In this document: positions 10,664 to 21,164 of the stretch, piece after piece | How positions within the stretch are numbered: the first letter of the stretch is position 1 | Layout of the letters: every line of letters starts with the position of its first letter | Assembly (NCBI GenBank): GCA_045613205.1 | Contig: JAZLAO010000021.1 | Coordinates: 1 to 61,491 of the forward strand | Direction: 5' to 3' | From: Eubacteriales bacterium | GTDB lineage: Bacteria; Bacillota; Clostridia; Oscillospirales; CAG-272 | DNA: 61,491 bases | The notes under the pieces: generated by a model | What the model was told of the DNA's origin: nothing | Database searches by the model: none | What the model saw: the letters and a program-made list of their open reading frames with translations, nothing else | Translations under genes and position numbers: made by a program

Positions 10664-11572
10664 TTATATAGACATGTTTTTTATTGATTTTTCAAGTTTT
10701 TCGATAAATTTCGAGCTCATATCCGAAAATCTGCGGTTATCGTTCAGTATATATCCTATAATGTAATTATACTCGCAATGGAGAGGTATGCTCACTATAT
10801 CGCCGCCGTTGAGCATAGAGGGCATTATTCCCGTTCCGACGGTGTAGGCGTCGGTTATGAGAAGAAGATTCATGAGCGTTGCGCGGTCGCTTATCTCTAC
10901 GTGTTTTTTCACGCTTTCAGAGTCAAGCATTTCCTCGGTGAAATAGGAGCTGTTATGCTCTCCCTGCTCGTAGGATACGTAAGGGTAGTTTTCAAGCTCG
11001 CAGAAATCAAGAGTTTCGCGCGATGCCAAGGGATGCTCACGCCTAAAGAATACGTGGGGCGACGCCTTCAAAAATTCGACGAAGCTGATGCCCTTTTTGC
11101 CAAGGTAGCGCTTCATAACGTCAAAATCGCTGTCCTTGATGGCAAGGATGCCTATATCGCTGTTTCCCGTTTCGACCTCTCCGATAACATTGTGTGTTTC
11201 TATTTCCTTGATTGCAAGCTTATAGCACTCTGCATCGAGCTCCTTCAAAAAATTGCCGAATATATCAGCAATAAAATCATAGTGCTGCGTTGCTATTCGA
11301 AGCTTGCTTTTTACGGGTGCGGTTTTGTATCTGTCTGTGACGAATTTTTCGGCACTGACAATTTCAGATGCGTACTTTACAAATTCAGAGCCGTCCTCGG
11401 TGAGATAAACGCCATTGCTCGAACGCTCGAAAATTTTAATGTTCAATTCCTGCTCGAGCTGCTTTACGCTTATTGAAAGTGAGGATTGCGCTATGAAAAG
11501 CTGGTTAGCCGCCTCGGAAAAAGAGCCGGTTTTTGCAATTGTAAGAACGTATCTGCACTGTTGAATAGTCAC
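10664..11572 (-). CDS. LysR-family transcriptional regulator
   Basis: [17 protein letters not shown]...[15 protein letters not shown]. Confidence 0.9.
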   Translation of the reverse strand: MTIQQCRYVLTIAKTGSFSEAANQLFIAQSSLSISVKQLEQELNIKIFERSSNGVYLTEDGSEFVKYASEIVSAEKFVTDRYKTAPVKSKLRIATQHYDFIADIFGNFLKELDAECYKLAIKEIETHNVIGEVETGNSDIGILAIKDSDFDVMKRYLGKKGISFVEFLKASPHVFFRREHPLASRETLDFCELENYPYVSYEQGEHNSSYFTEEMLDSESVKKHVEISDRATLMNLLLITDAYTVGTGIMPSMLNGGDIVSIPLHCEYNYIIGYILNDNRRFSDMSSKFIEKLEKSIKNMSI

Positions 11573-11674
11573 CTTGTATCTCCTTTGCCACGAAATCCCA
11601 CGTTACAATTATAACAAAACGGATAGCGTTTTTCAATATAAATAAACTATGGCTGCCGTTCACCGACTGATATA

Positions 11675-12418
11675 TTACCTAGATTTCCGATATTCCACCG
11701 GGGTTTTGCCGACTGCCTTTAAAAAATCACGGTTAAATGTTCTTTGAGAGGCGAAGCCGCATTCCTCGGCAATCTCCCTCACGGCTTTGTCGGTGTGCGA
11801 GAGCATTTTGCAGGCTTCGCTGATTCTAAGTCCATTTACGTAGCTTCCCACCGACATACCCGTCGCCTTTTTGAAAAACTTGGATACGTAGCTGTAGTCG
11901 TAACCAACGAAGTCCGCAATAGCCGCGAGGCTGCAATCCTTGCAAAAATTTTCCGAAATGAAGAAAAGAATTTTTGAAAGAAGACTGTCGTCCGCTTGCG
12001 ATGCGTCGATATATTCCGCATTGCAGTCAAACAAGGCGCACAGATTATAACAAAGCGCCTTTCTGAAAAGCAAGCCGTCGCACGCTGCGGGGAGCTCACA
12101 GGAAAGCTTGAATGCGTTGCTTTTCGGTACACGCCTTGCGTTGTGAAAGCTGCCTACAAGGTCGGGGGAGAAAATGCAAACCCAGGTAGACGTGTTCTTT
12201 TTCGTCTCGTAGGAGTGGCTCTGATACGGGAAAACCAAAACCGCATCTCCTGCGCGGAGAATATATTCACGCCCATCAACGTTGACCTTGGCTTCTCCCG
12301 AGCGCACAGCATAGCATTCGTAGGACTTGTGAATGTGGAGAGGGAAGCCTTTGTTGTTTTCTTGCACGGCAATATCAAAATAATTATTCTTATCGGAACG
12401 TGTTGGCTCAAAAAACAT
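11675..12418 (-). CDS. AraC-family transcriptional regulator
   Basis: Cupin (PLHIH) plus IAEECGFASQRTFNRDF HTH; divergent from the GH3 gene. Confidence 0.9.
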   Translation of the reverse strand: MFFEPTRSDKNNYFDIAVQENNKGFPLHIHKSYECYAVRSGEAKVNVDGREYILRAGDAVLVFPYQSHSYETKKNTSTWVCIFSPDLVGSFHNARRVPKSNAFKLSCELPAACDGLLFRKALCYNLCALFDCNAEYIDASQADDSLLSKILFFISENFCKDCSLAAIADFVGYDYSYVSKFFKKATGMSVGSYVNGLRISEACKMLSHTDKAVREIAEECGFASQRTFNRDFLKAVGKTPVEYRKSR

Positions 12419-12600
12419 AAATTTCTCCTAACTTTGCGAAAGACATAAGTGCCAAAAGCGCTGAAAAATAAAGATTCAGATTGGGTCGGCATTGCTTAAA
12501 GACAAATTATGTCTACTATTTTACCACTTATGGCGTTGATTGTCAATATAATGTCTGTTATAATAGTGGTAGAATTCAATATATACATGAGGAGTATGTT

Positions 12601-14550
12601 ATGAAATACGATGTGAAAGATTTTACGATTGACGAAAAAATCAGACTTCTTGCGGCAAAGGACCGTTGGCATACCGCGGATTTTGACGGCAAACTTTACG
12701 AGGTTTTGGTTTCGGACGGCCCCGTGGGGCTTCGAACCATTGAGTCCGAGGAAAACGGAGTTTTGAAATATTCCGCAGCCGTTGCCTTTCCGTCGATACA
12801 GATTCTCGGTCAGACGTGGGATACCTCCAAGGCTTACAAAATGGGTGAGGTGCTTGCCGACGAGTGCATTGAGCGCGGGGTAGACGTTCTTTTAGCACCG
12901 GGTATCAATATAAAAAGACTTCCGACCTGCGGAAGAAATTTCGAGTACGTTTCCGAGGACCCCTACCTTTCGGGTATTTTCGGCAGAGAATATATAAAGG
13001 GCGTTCAGGACCATCACGTAGGAACATCTTTAAAGCATTATTGCGCGAACAACCAAGAGTATTCCCGTTATTCTCAGTCGAGCGAGGTTGACGAGCGCAC
13101 GCTCCGCGAAATATACACTTATAATTTTAAAATCGCACTTGAGGCGAAGCCCTGGACGGTTATGTCCTCATACAACCTTGTAAACGGCGTTAAGATGTCG
13201 GCTCACAAAAAGCTTTATACGATGCTCCGCTGTGAGCTCGGATTTGACGGAGTCATAATGAGTGACTGGAGCGCGGTTGACGACCACGCAGCATGCGTGC
13301 TTGCAGGGCTTGACCTTGAAATGCCCTATAGCGAGGCGGGCTATCAGAACCTTAAAGCCGCAGTCGAGGAGGGCAGAGTCACCGAGGAGGAGCTTGACAG
13401 GCGCGTCGAGGTGGTGCTTCGCTTTATCGAGCTTTGCGAGGCGGAAAGCAAAAAAAGAAAGGTCGAAACAACACTCGACGAGCGCGTAGCATTGACCGAG
13501 AAAATTGCCGAGGAGGGTATCGTCCTTCTTAAAAACAACGGTGTGCTTCCTATAAAAGACGGCGCGTCTGTAGCGGTGAGCGGTGAGGGCTCTGTGACAA
13601 GCGTATCGGGCGGCGGCTCTTCACGTGTGAATCTTGCGCGCGAGGTTCCGAAGCTTCACAAGGAGCTTGCGCTCGCCTTGCCGAGCTCGGAGATTTCTTT
13701 CTATCGCGAGCATAAGGGCGTATATGCCCATGCTATAAACAACGCGTACGGAAAGGACGTAAATATAATCTGCGTTCAAAAGATAGATTCCGAGGGCAGT
13801 GACCATAACAGTATACGTCTTGACACGTGGCAGGAAAACTTTATTCTTGAGATGGCAAGAAAGAATCCCAATACGGTAGTGGTTTTGTATCACGGCTCGG
13901 TCATAGATATGACCGCTTGGGAGGATAAGGTTGCGGCTATCGTTTCCGCGGGATACCCCGGTGAGCGAGGAAACGCGGCAATTGCAAAAATTCTTGCGGG
14001 CAAGGTTAACCCCTCGGGCAAAACCGCAGAAACCTATCCCGAAACTCTTGATGATTGCCTTGCTATGCATTGCGAAAGAGATTATAATTACAGCCTTTAT
14101 TCTGACGGACTTCTTGTGGGTTACCGTTGGTATGACACCGCGAAATATATGGGAAAAGGTGACACGGCTAGGGTGAAATACCCATTTGGTCACGGTCTTT
14201 CATACTCAACATTTGAATATTCGGGACTTAATCTTTATGTGGGTGACGGGGACATCACCGTTGAGTTTGACGTTAAGAACACCTCGAAGATAGATGGCAA
14301 AGAAGCGGCGCAGGTTTATTTCCGCGACCCCGTGTCAAGTGTATTCCGTCCGTACAAGGAGCTTTGCGGCTTTGAAAAGAAGCTTGTCAAAGCAGGTGAG
14401 TGCGAGCATTACACTGTTAAGGTGCCTAAAGAATACCTCGCATTCTATTCGACAAGCGAGGATAGATGGGTGCTTGAGAGCGGAGTGTTTGAAATTATGG
14501 TAGGCGCAAGCTCGGATGACATAAGACTTACAGGCAAAATAAGCATTTGA
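12601..14550 (+). CDS. GH3 beta-glucosidase
   Basis: GRNFEYVSEDP, KHYCAN, MSDW nucleophile, C-terminal Fn3-like domain. Start set at ATG 12601 after GAGGAG. Confidence 0.92.
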   Translation: MKYDVKDFTIDEKIRLLAAKDRWHTADFDGKLYEVLVSDGPVGLRTIESEENGVLKYSAAVAFPSIQILGQTWDTSKAYKMGEVLADECIERGVDVLLAPGINIKRLPTCGRNFEYVSEDPYLSGIFGREYIKGVQDHHVGTSLKHYCANNQEYSRYSQSSEVDERTLREIYTYNFKIALEAKPWTVMSSYNLVNGVKMSAHKKLYTMLRCELGFDGVIMSDWSAVDDHAACVLAGLDLEMPYSEAGYQNLKAAVEEGRVTEEELDRRVEVVLRFIELCEAESKKRKVETTLDERVALTEKIAEEGIVLLKNNGVLPIKDGASVAVSGEGSVTSVSGGGSSRVNLAREVPKLHKELALALPSSEISFYREHKGVYAHAINNAYGKDVNIICVQKIDSEGSDHNSIRLDTWQENFILEMARKNPNTVVVLYHGSVIDMTAWEDKVAAIVSAGYPGERGNAAIAKILAGKVNPSGKTAETYPETLDDCLAMHCERDYNYSLYSDGLLVGYRWYDTAKYMGKGDTARVKYPFGHGLSYSTFEYSGLNLYVGDGDITVEFDVKNTSKIDGKEAAQVYFRDPVSSVFRPYKELCGFEKKLVKAGECEHYTVKVPKEYLAFYSTSEDRWVLESGVFEIMVGASSDDIRLTGKISI

Positions 14551-14665
14551 TGCGAGGAAATTTTCATTAAAGGAAGACATAGCCACAGCTTATTGCGACG
14601 TTAATCTTACGTCATACGTCATAAAAATAATCAGCGCGCATTTCGTCTGCGCAAAAATATAGGAT

Positions 14666-14706
14666 AGGAGCGAAAACCGCGCTTTTTAGGTTTTCGCTCC
14701 TGTTTT
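14666..14706 (+). terminator. intrinsic terminator after the GH3 gene
   Basis: AGGAGCGAAAACC...GGTTTTCGCTCCT followed by GTTTT. Confidence 0.7.
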
Positions 14707-14738
14707 GTGATTATTTGACCGTACCTTAAAAAAATATA

Positions 14739-14767
14739 TTGATTTATTTTGTTTTTTGTGATATTAT
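14739..14767 (+). promoter_or_regulatory. sigma-A promoter of nfnAB
   Basis: TTGATT-17 bp-TATTAT with extended TG; a diverged copy lies near 49864. Confidence 0.55.
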
Positions 14768-14955
14768 AAAATAACAATTTATAATTGCTGTCTGTATTTG
14801 AGTAGGCATAAAAATAATCCGAATCCGCTCTGAATCTTTATTTTTCAGCGCCCTCGGTACTTATCTCTCTTGCAGCTAAGCAAAATTTGAAGTATTTGCA
14901 CCTTGGTTTTTGAAAATTGTTCCAAGTGGCGATGCTTTTGAAAGTGGAGAACAAA

Positions 14956-15810
14956 ATGTATAGAATAGTTGACAAAAAGGCATTAAATCCCACGGTGGTG
15001 CAGCTTAAGATTGAAGCACCGCTTGTGGCAAATAAGGCGCGGGCCGGACAATTCATAATTTTAAGAGTCGATGCGGACGGAGAGCGCATACCTCTCACCG
15101 TTGCAGGTGTGGACAAGGAGCGCGGCACTGTGAAGATAATTTATCAGATAGTAGGTTCTACCACCGAAAAGCTTTCTCATAAAGAGGCGGGTGAATATCT
15201 CGAGGACTTTGTCGGTCCTCTCGGTGTGCCAACGGAACTCGACGGACTTAAAAAGGTTTGTATCGTTGGCGGCGGCGTTGGCTGTGCCATTGCTATGCCA
15301 ATTGCCGAGGCTCTTCACCAAATGGGAGCAGAGGTGACGAGTATTATAGGATTCAGAAGCAAGGATTTGCTTATCCTTGAGGACGAATTCAGAGCTTGCT
15401 CGGATACTCTCCGTATTATGACCGACGACGGTTCTTACGGTGAGGAGGGAAACGTAACCGTACCGCTTAAGGAAATGCTCGAATCAGGTGAAAAATTCGA
15501 TATGATAATAACCATAGGTCCGCTCATTATGATGAAATTCGTGGTTGAGACGGCAAGACCTTTCGGAACACCCGTGACGGTTTCTATGAATCCCGTTATG
15601 GTTGACGGCACGGGAATGTGCGGCGGTTGCAGACTCACTCTTAACGTGGGCGGCGAGAGGGTCACAAAATTTGCCTGCGTTGACGGTCCTGATTTTAACG
15701 GATATGAGATTGATTTTGACGAAGCTATGACCCGCGGCAGAATGTATTACGGGTTTGAACGACACAAGCATGAGCAAACCTGTAACCTTTTCGCGAAGGA
15801 GGTGCGGTAA
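14956..15810 (+). CDS. nfnA: NADH-dependent reduced ferredoxin:NADP+ oxidoreductase small subunit (SudB-like)
   Basis: GQFIILR, ERIPLT, GGGVG, DGTGMCGGC...CVDGP [2Fe-2S] motif; ATG 14956 after GGAG. Confidence 0.9.
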   Translation: MYRIVDKKALNPTVVQLKIEAPLVANKARAGQFIILRVDADGERIPLTVAGVDKERGTVKIIYQIVGSTTEKLSHKEAGEYLEDFVGPLGVPTELDGLKKVCIVGGGVGCAIAMPIAEALHQMGAEVTSIIGFRSKDLLILEDEFRACSDTLRIMTDDGSYGEEGNVTVPLKEMLESGEKFDMIITIGPLIMMKFVVETARPFGTPVTVSMNPVMVDGTGMCGGCRLTLNVGGERVTKFACVDGPDFNGYEIDFDEAMTRGRMYYGFERHKHEQTCNLFAKEVR

Positions 15811-15811
15811 G

Positions 15812-17224
15812 ATGGCAGCAAATATGAGCCTCACGAGAAACAAAATGCCTACACAGGATGCTGAGGTGCGCGCTCGTAATTTTGACGAGGTTGCTCTGGG
15901 ATACACCGAAGAGGCTGCAATCGACGAAGCAAACCGTTGCCTCAACTGTAAAAATATGCCCTGCGTTGCAGGCTGTCCCGTTAAAATTCATATCCCCGAA
16001 TTTATTTCAAAAATCAAAGAGGGGGATTTTGAGGGAGCATATCAGATTATAACAAAATCCTCATCGCTCCCCGCCGTTTGCGGCCGTGTTTGTCCGCAGG
16101 AGGTGCAGTGTGAGGCTAAGTGTGTAAGAGGAATTAAAGGGGAGAGTGTCGGAATCGGACGGCTTGAGCGTTTCGTGGCGGATTGGCATAACACCTTCTG
16201 CCAGCAGAACCCGTCCCGTCCCAAAAGCAACGGACATAAGGTTGCCGTTGTCGGCTCAGGACCCTCAGGACTTACTTGCGCGGGCGACCTTGCGAAAAAG
16301 GGGTATGACGTTACTGTATTTGAGGCTCTGCATACAGCGGGAGGCGTGCTTGTCTATGGCATTCCCGAATTCCGTCTTCCCAAAGCAATCGTTGCAAAAG
16401 AGGTAGACACACTTAAAAAGCTGGGTGTGAAGATTGAAACCAACGTTGTTATAGGAAAGACGTTGACGGTTGACGAGCTTTTTGAATCCGGCTATGAGGC
16501 TGTTTTCATAGGCTCGGGTGCAGGTCTTCCCAATTTTATGGGTATTCCCGGAGAGTCGCTTTGCGGAGTGTATTCGGCCAACGAATTCCTGACGAGAAGC
16601 AATTTAATGAAAGCATATATTGAAAATCCCGAAACTCCTGTTATGAAGGGGGGCAAGGTTGCGGTAGTCGGCGGCGGAAACGTTGCTATGGACGCGGCAA
16701 GAACCGCCTTGCGTCTCGGGGCGGAAAAGGTATATATCGTTTACCGTCGTTCAATGGAGGAGCTCCCTGCGCGCCGCGAGGAAGTCGAGCACGCCGAGGA
16801 GGAGGGAATCGAGTTCTGTCTGCTTTCAACTCCCACCGAAATTCTCGGATATAAAAATCCCGATAACCCGAGGGACTCTAAAAACGGTTTCGTTACCGGC
16901 ATGAAATGCGTCAAGATGGCTCTCGGTGAGCCTGACGAGCGCGGCAGACGCCGCCCTGTTGTTATTGAGGGAAGCGAATTCACTATTGACGTTGATACGG
17001 TAATAATGTCTATCGGCACCTCGCCGAACCCCCTTATCAAGTCTACGACTGCTGGGCTTGAGGTCAATTCGCGCGGCGGCATCGTCGTTAATGAAGACGG
17101 TCTTACCTCCCGAAACAAAGTTTACGCAGGAGGAGATGCCGTGACGGGTGCGGCAACAGTTATTTCGGCTATGGGCGCAGGAAAAACCGCTGCTAAGGCT
17201 ATAGATGAGGCGCTGAATAAATAA
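15812..17224 (+). CDS. nfnB: NADH-dependent reduced ferredoxin:NADP+ oxidoreductase large subunit (GltD-like)
   Basis: RCLNC..PCVAGCP, CGRVCPQE..CE, GSGPSG, GGGNVAMD; paired with nfnA and no gltB nearby. Confidence 0.88.
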   Translation: MAANMSLTRNKMPTQDAEVRARNFDEVALGYTEEAAIDEANRCLNCKNMPCVAGCPVKIHIPEFISKIKEGDFEGAYQIITKSSSLPAVCGRVCPQEVQCEAKCVRGIKGESVGIGRLERFVADWHNTFCQQNPSRPKSNGHKVAVVGSGPSGLTCAGDLAKKGYDVTVFEALHTAGGVLVYGIPEFRLPKAIVAKEVDTLKKLGVKIETNVVIGKTLTVDELFESGYEAVFIGSGAGLPNFMGIPGESLCGVYSANEFLTRSNLMKAYIENPETPVMKGGKVAVVGGGNVAMDAARTALRLGAEKVYIVYRRSMEELPARREEVEHAEEEGIEFCLLSTPTEILGYKNPDNPRDSKNGFVTGMKCVKMALGEPDERGRRRPVVIEGSEFTIDVDTVIMSIGTSPNPLIKSTTAGLEVNSRGGIVVNEDGLTSRNKVYAGGDAVTGAATVISAMGAGKTAAKAIDEALNK

Positions 17225-17341
17225 GATGTTTTTACAGCCGAAATAAAACGCCAAAACGGATTGAATACGTGTTAAAGCGTGATATAATAATTTACAGATA
17301 TACGCTTTGTTACAAAGCAATTATTGGGAGAGTTTATTGAT

Positions 17342-17836
17342 ATGAAACTAAACAAGTTGGATAAAAGCGTACTAAAATTATGGTATATCAGAGCTGCAAT
17401 TGTTTCTCTTATACTGATTGGAGTTTGGATAAGTGTATTTGCGATTTTGATTGCAACGCAAGTGCCCGGCAATGTAACTCTTGCCGTTTCCTTAGGAGTA
17501 GGAGTGCCAACCGTTTTGCTTCTTTGCTTAACTTTGATAATGCCTGCTTTGCGCTATAAAATGTATGAGTGGGGATATGACGATAAACGTATTATAGTAA
17601 TGCAAGGTGTAATTTTCAGACAAAGAGTTGTGATTCCGGTTTGTCAAATTCAGGATCTTCACAGAACACAAGGACCTATTATGATGATGCTGAAGCTGAG
17701 CGGTGTTACCATATCAACTGCGGGTTCAAATTTTGACATTTCAACTCTAACAACAGCTCAAGCGGATCGTATGATTGAAGATCTTGAACACAACCTTGAA
17801 GCAAGAGTTGAGGAGCTTAAAAATGAAAAGATTTGA
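17342..17836 (+). CDS. YdbS-like bacterial PH-domain membrane protein
   Basis: Two TM helices followed by IQD...QGP...ISTAGS bPH_2 pattern. Confidence 0.8.
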   Translation: MKLNKLDKSVLKLWYIRAAIVSLILIGVWISVFAILIATQVPGNVTLAVSLGVGVPTVLLLCLTLIMPALRYKMYEWGYDDKRIIVMQGVIFRQRVVIPVCQIQDLHRTQGPIMMMLKLSGVTISTAGSNFDISTLTTAQADRMIEDLEHNLEARVEELKNEKI

Positions 17837-19346
17837 CAAAGGATATGTTTATTCAAGTTTGCTTTCGGATTTTTTTCGAAGCCTTGTAATATTTTTCATC
17901 CTTTTTGAAGATTTTTTCTTTGAGGACAGCGAGCATACTAAAGATATTATTGAAGCAATTCCCATTTTTTTAATAGGCTTCGCAGTAATTTATCTGTGCT
18001 TCGTTGCGTACAGGGTTGTGTATTACAGGACATCCGGATATGAGCTTACGGAAACTGAAATCAAATGCAAAAGAGGAGTGTTTTTTAGAAAGCGTTCGGT
18101 TCTCGACTATAAGAAAGTACACGCAATCAACAAAAAACAGGGTCTTATAAACAGAATTTTCGGAATTGCCGTTCTGACTGTGGACAGCGGTTCTGCCAAT
18201 ACCTCTCACCAAGCCGAGATAACTATTATTGAAAAGGAAAAAACAGTCGATGCTCTGCTTGATGAATTGAATGCAGCAAAGGAGAATGGTATTTGCAACA
18301 GCGTTGACAGAGTGACGGAAGAAGAATTGCTTCTCTCTGACAGGGACAGTTTATATAGCTTTACTTCCAAAAAGAAGATGCTGTATACGTTAATCAATAT
18401 TGCTTCAACCGCATTCTTTACTGCGTTGCTTGCGGTTTTATCCGTTATTGTCATAGGTGTTTGCAAATTGGTTTTACAGCTTGATTTCCTTGGCACGTGG
18501 GGACAGTATTTACTGTTTGCTCTTTTGATTACAGTGGGCGCGTTGCTGTTATTATCGGTCTTCTCCTTCATTGGATGCATGATTATCTCGTTTGTAAAAT
18601 ACCACAACTTTAACATTACAAAGCGTGACAATAATATTCAAATCTCCTTCGGCCTTTTGGAGAAGCACACCAACACGTTTAGTTACGATAGAATTAAAGC
18701 GGTTAAAATTTCTCAAGGTCTTGTGCAAAGGATGCTGGGCTTTGCTGAAATTAATCTTGAGGTAATAGGATATACAAGCGATACAGAAAACGGCAGCACC
18801 GAGCTCGGTGTGCTGGTTCCTTTCTGTAAATATGAGGAAATCGGTGAAATATTGAATAAAGTATTGCCGGACTTTATGCCGGATGAGAGACAAACGAAAT
18901 CGGTATCATTTTTTCCGTTTGTATCTTGGTTTCTTTTGATTTTCGGCAGTATAACGGGCATAACGCTATTGTTAACTGCGGTGATTATGATGTTGCTTAA
19001 GGCGCCGTCTGCCGCTGTTATCGCAGTACTGCTATCGCTTTCGGGCGCAGCATTGACTGTGCTTACAGTAAAATCGGTCAGCGCTGCTTTGGGTTATCGG
19101 ATTAACGGTATTTCTCATAACAACGGAAAAATAACTGTTTACAGCGGCGGTTTTACGAAAAACGTTACCGTATTCATGGCAAAAAATTTAATTGCGGCAG
19201 AAAACGTAACAACACCGCTACGCAAAAAGGCATGTATTACCAGCTTGGTAATGCATTTAAAAACTAATGCTGCATCTAATGAAGTGAAGGTTCACATTCA
19301 AAATGACGAGCTTGCCGATAAGCTTGAAAAGCTGTTGATACTGTAA
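17823..19346 (+). CDS. YdbT-like multi-bPH-domain membrane protein
   Basis: Three TM-pair plus bPH repeats; overlaps the ydbS-like stop codon. Confidence 0.8.
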   Translation: MKRFDKGYVYSSLLSDFFRSLVIFFILFEDFFFEDSEHTKDIIEAIPIFLIGFAVIYLCFVAYRVVYYRTSGYELTETEIKCKRGVFFRKRSVLDYKKVHAINKKQGLINRIFGIAVLTVDSGSANTSHQAEITIIEKEKTVDALLDELNAAKENGICNSVDRVTEEELLLSDRDSLYSFTSKKKMLYTLINIASTAFFTALLAVLSVIVIGVCKLVLQLDFLGTWGQYLLFALLITVGALLLLSVFSFIGCMIISFVKYHNFNITKRDNNIQISFGLLEKHTNTFSYDRIKAVKISQGLVQRMLGFAEINLEVIGYTSDTENGSTELGVLVPFCKYEEIGEILNKVLPDFMPDERQTKSVSFFPFVSWFLLIFGSITGITLLLTAVIMMLLKAPSAAVIAVLLSLSGAALTVLTVKSVSAALGYRINGISHNNGKITVYSGGFTKNVTVFMAKNLIAAENVTTPLRKKACITSLVMHLKTNAASNEVKVHIQNDELADKLEKLLIL

Positions 19347-19382
19347 TATTATACTGCAAAAACAGGTAACTGTCTTACGGCC

Positions 19383-19455
19383 AGCCGTAAGAGAATCGAA
19401 CGCATAAGCCGGCGTCGATAAATTTTAGCATCTTTCGTCGTATCGAGCCTAGTAA
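19383..19455. repeat. partial copy of the MITE/REP-like foldback repeat
   Basis: agccgtaagagaatcgaac...gataaattttagc.tctttcgtcgta...agcct shared with 34835-34908. Confidence 0.7.
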
Positions 19456-19495
19456 TAAAGAAAATAAGGCTCTCGCTCTTTTTTATACACTGAAC

Positions 19496-19548
19496 AGTAA
19501 AAGTGCAAAAATCCTCAGTACAATCGGAGGAATTTTGCACTTTTTACT
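19496..19548. terminator. bidirectional terminator
   Basis: AGTAAAAGTGCAAAA...TTTTGCACTTTTTACT between convergent genes. Confidence 0.75.
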
Positions 19549-19603
19549 TTGGCAGAAGAGAAGGAAACTGCGGCACAACGTAGTGTTTTTTGTTTTTTCA
19601 ATA

Positions 19604-21043
19604 CTATCCTCTTCCGTAAAGATTGTTGAAGAAACGAAAAATTTCCGTGTTAACCGAGGAGAGCTGATTTTGTGTTATGCGGTACGCCCAGTTGCTCTCG
19701 ACGGTGCCGGGGGTGTTCATTCGGGTATCAGCGCCGAAGGCTAAAATGTCCTGAATGGGAAAAATCACCGTATCCGCATGACTTGCCATCAAGGTTCTTA
19801 TAATGTGCTCGCAAATATCTTTCCATTCTCTTGACCTACAGTTACAGTAGGCAAGGAGACGCTCTCTTTTTCGGGGAGACATTTCAAAAAGATAACCGAG
19901 GAGAGTGTTGTTGTCATGTGTTCCGCTATAGGCTACGCAATTTCCGGGATAATTGTGGGGGAGGTGGGGCGAGGCCGGATTTTCCAAATCGGCAAACTGT
20001 AAAACGCGCATGCCGGGGAATTTGCTGTATAGAAGAAGTCTGTCAACCTCGGGCGTAATCTCTCCGAGATTCTCTGCAATAATGAGTCGGTTGCCGCCTA
20101 TACCTCGGAGAGTATCGATAAAGGCGCGCCCGGGACCCTTTTTCCATTTGCCCTCTTTGGCGGTCTTTGCCGCGGGCGGAATACTCCAATAGGACTCAAA
20201 ACCGCGAAAATGGTCTATGCGGATGCCGTCAAACAGCGTCAGCATATAGTTAATACGCCGCGCCCACCAACTGTAGCCGTCAGACTTCATTTCTTTCCAG
20301 TTGTAAAGGGGGTTGCCCCAAAGCTGACCGTCTTCGCTAAAGTAATCGGGAGGTACACCTGCTACTTCGGCAGGGCGTAAATTTTTATCCAGTTGAAATT
20401 GCTTCGGACTTGCCCAAACGTCACAGCTTTCGTCTGAGACGTAAATCGGCACGTCACCGATTGTTTGAATGCCTTTTTCATTCGCATATTTTTTAATTGA
20501 CATCCATTCGCTGAAAAACTCATACTGAATCCATTCCCAGAAGGAAATTTCCTCATTGTCGGGGGTGAGGTCTCTCCACTCGCGCCAAGGAATATTGCAA
20601 TTTTTTTGCTTTAACGAAAGAAATCTGACTGCGCAGGACAGGTCTGGATAGTCCAAAATCCAGGCGTGTGCCTCTGCTCTTTGCTTTTTTTCGGTTCTTT
20701 TGTGCGCCAACCGTAACAGAGGCAAACGCTCTTTATCTAATCGGGAATATTCGCAAAGATACGGTGTTTTTTGTTCGGCTTCGCTCAGCTCGCGTGATGT
20801 CAGCAAGCCCTGCTCGGCAAGAGTGGGAAGGTCAATAAAGAAGGGATTGGCGGCAAAGGCGGAATAGGATTTATACGGGGAGTGGCAGTTATCCGCCATA
20901 CAGAAGGGAAGGAGCTGCCAGTATGTAAAGCCGCTCCGAGAAAGAAAATCTATAAATTCACGCGCTTCCTTGCCGAATGAGCCGATAGAATAGCTGCCGT
21001 GTAGGGAAGACAGGTGCAAAAGAACACCGCTTGCTCGTTTCAT
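19604..21043 (-). CDS. malQ: 4-alpha-glucanotransferase (GH77)
   Basis: GVPPDYFSEDGQLWGNP, RIDHFRGF, GTHDNNT. Confidence 0.95.
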   Translation of the reverse strand: MKRASGVLLHLSSLHGSYSIGSFGKEAREFIDFLSRSGFTYWQLLPFCMADNCHSPYKSYSAFAANPFFIDLPTLAEQGLLTSRELSEAEQKTPYLCEYSRLDKERLPLLRLAHKRTEKKQRAEAHAWILDYPDLSCAVRFLSLKQKNCNIPWREWRDLTPDNEEISFWEWIQYEFFSEWMSIKKYANEKGIQTIGDVPIYVSDESCDVWASPKQFQLDKNLRPAEVAGVPPDYFSEDGQLWGNPLYNWKEMKSDGYSWWARRINYMLTLFDGIRIDHFRGFESYWSIPPAAKTAKEGKWKKGPGRAFIDTLRGIGGNRLIIAENLGEITPEVDRLLLYSKFPGMRVLQFADLENPASPHLPHNYPGNCVAYSGTHDNNTLLGYLFEMSPRKRERLLAYCNCRSREWKDICEHIIRTLMASHADTVIFPIQDILAFGADTRMNTPGTVESNWAYRITQNQLSSVNTEIFRFFNNLYGRG

Positions 21044-21164
21044 AATAACCTCCGAGAAACGTCAGATGTTGATAAAATTTTACTGTATGAGAAGAAAAAT
21101 TGGATATGGCACATATAAAAGGGAAGCGGGGGCTTCCTTTTTGTTTTTTGAGAATGGTCTTGGC

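Noticed and set aside
15812-17224. Glutamate synthase small subunit
   Set aside because: No large subunit nearby and it is paired with an NfnA/SudB-type gene, which fits NfnAB.
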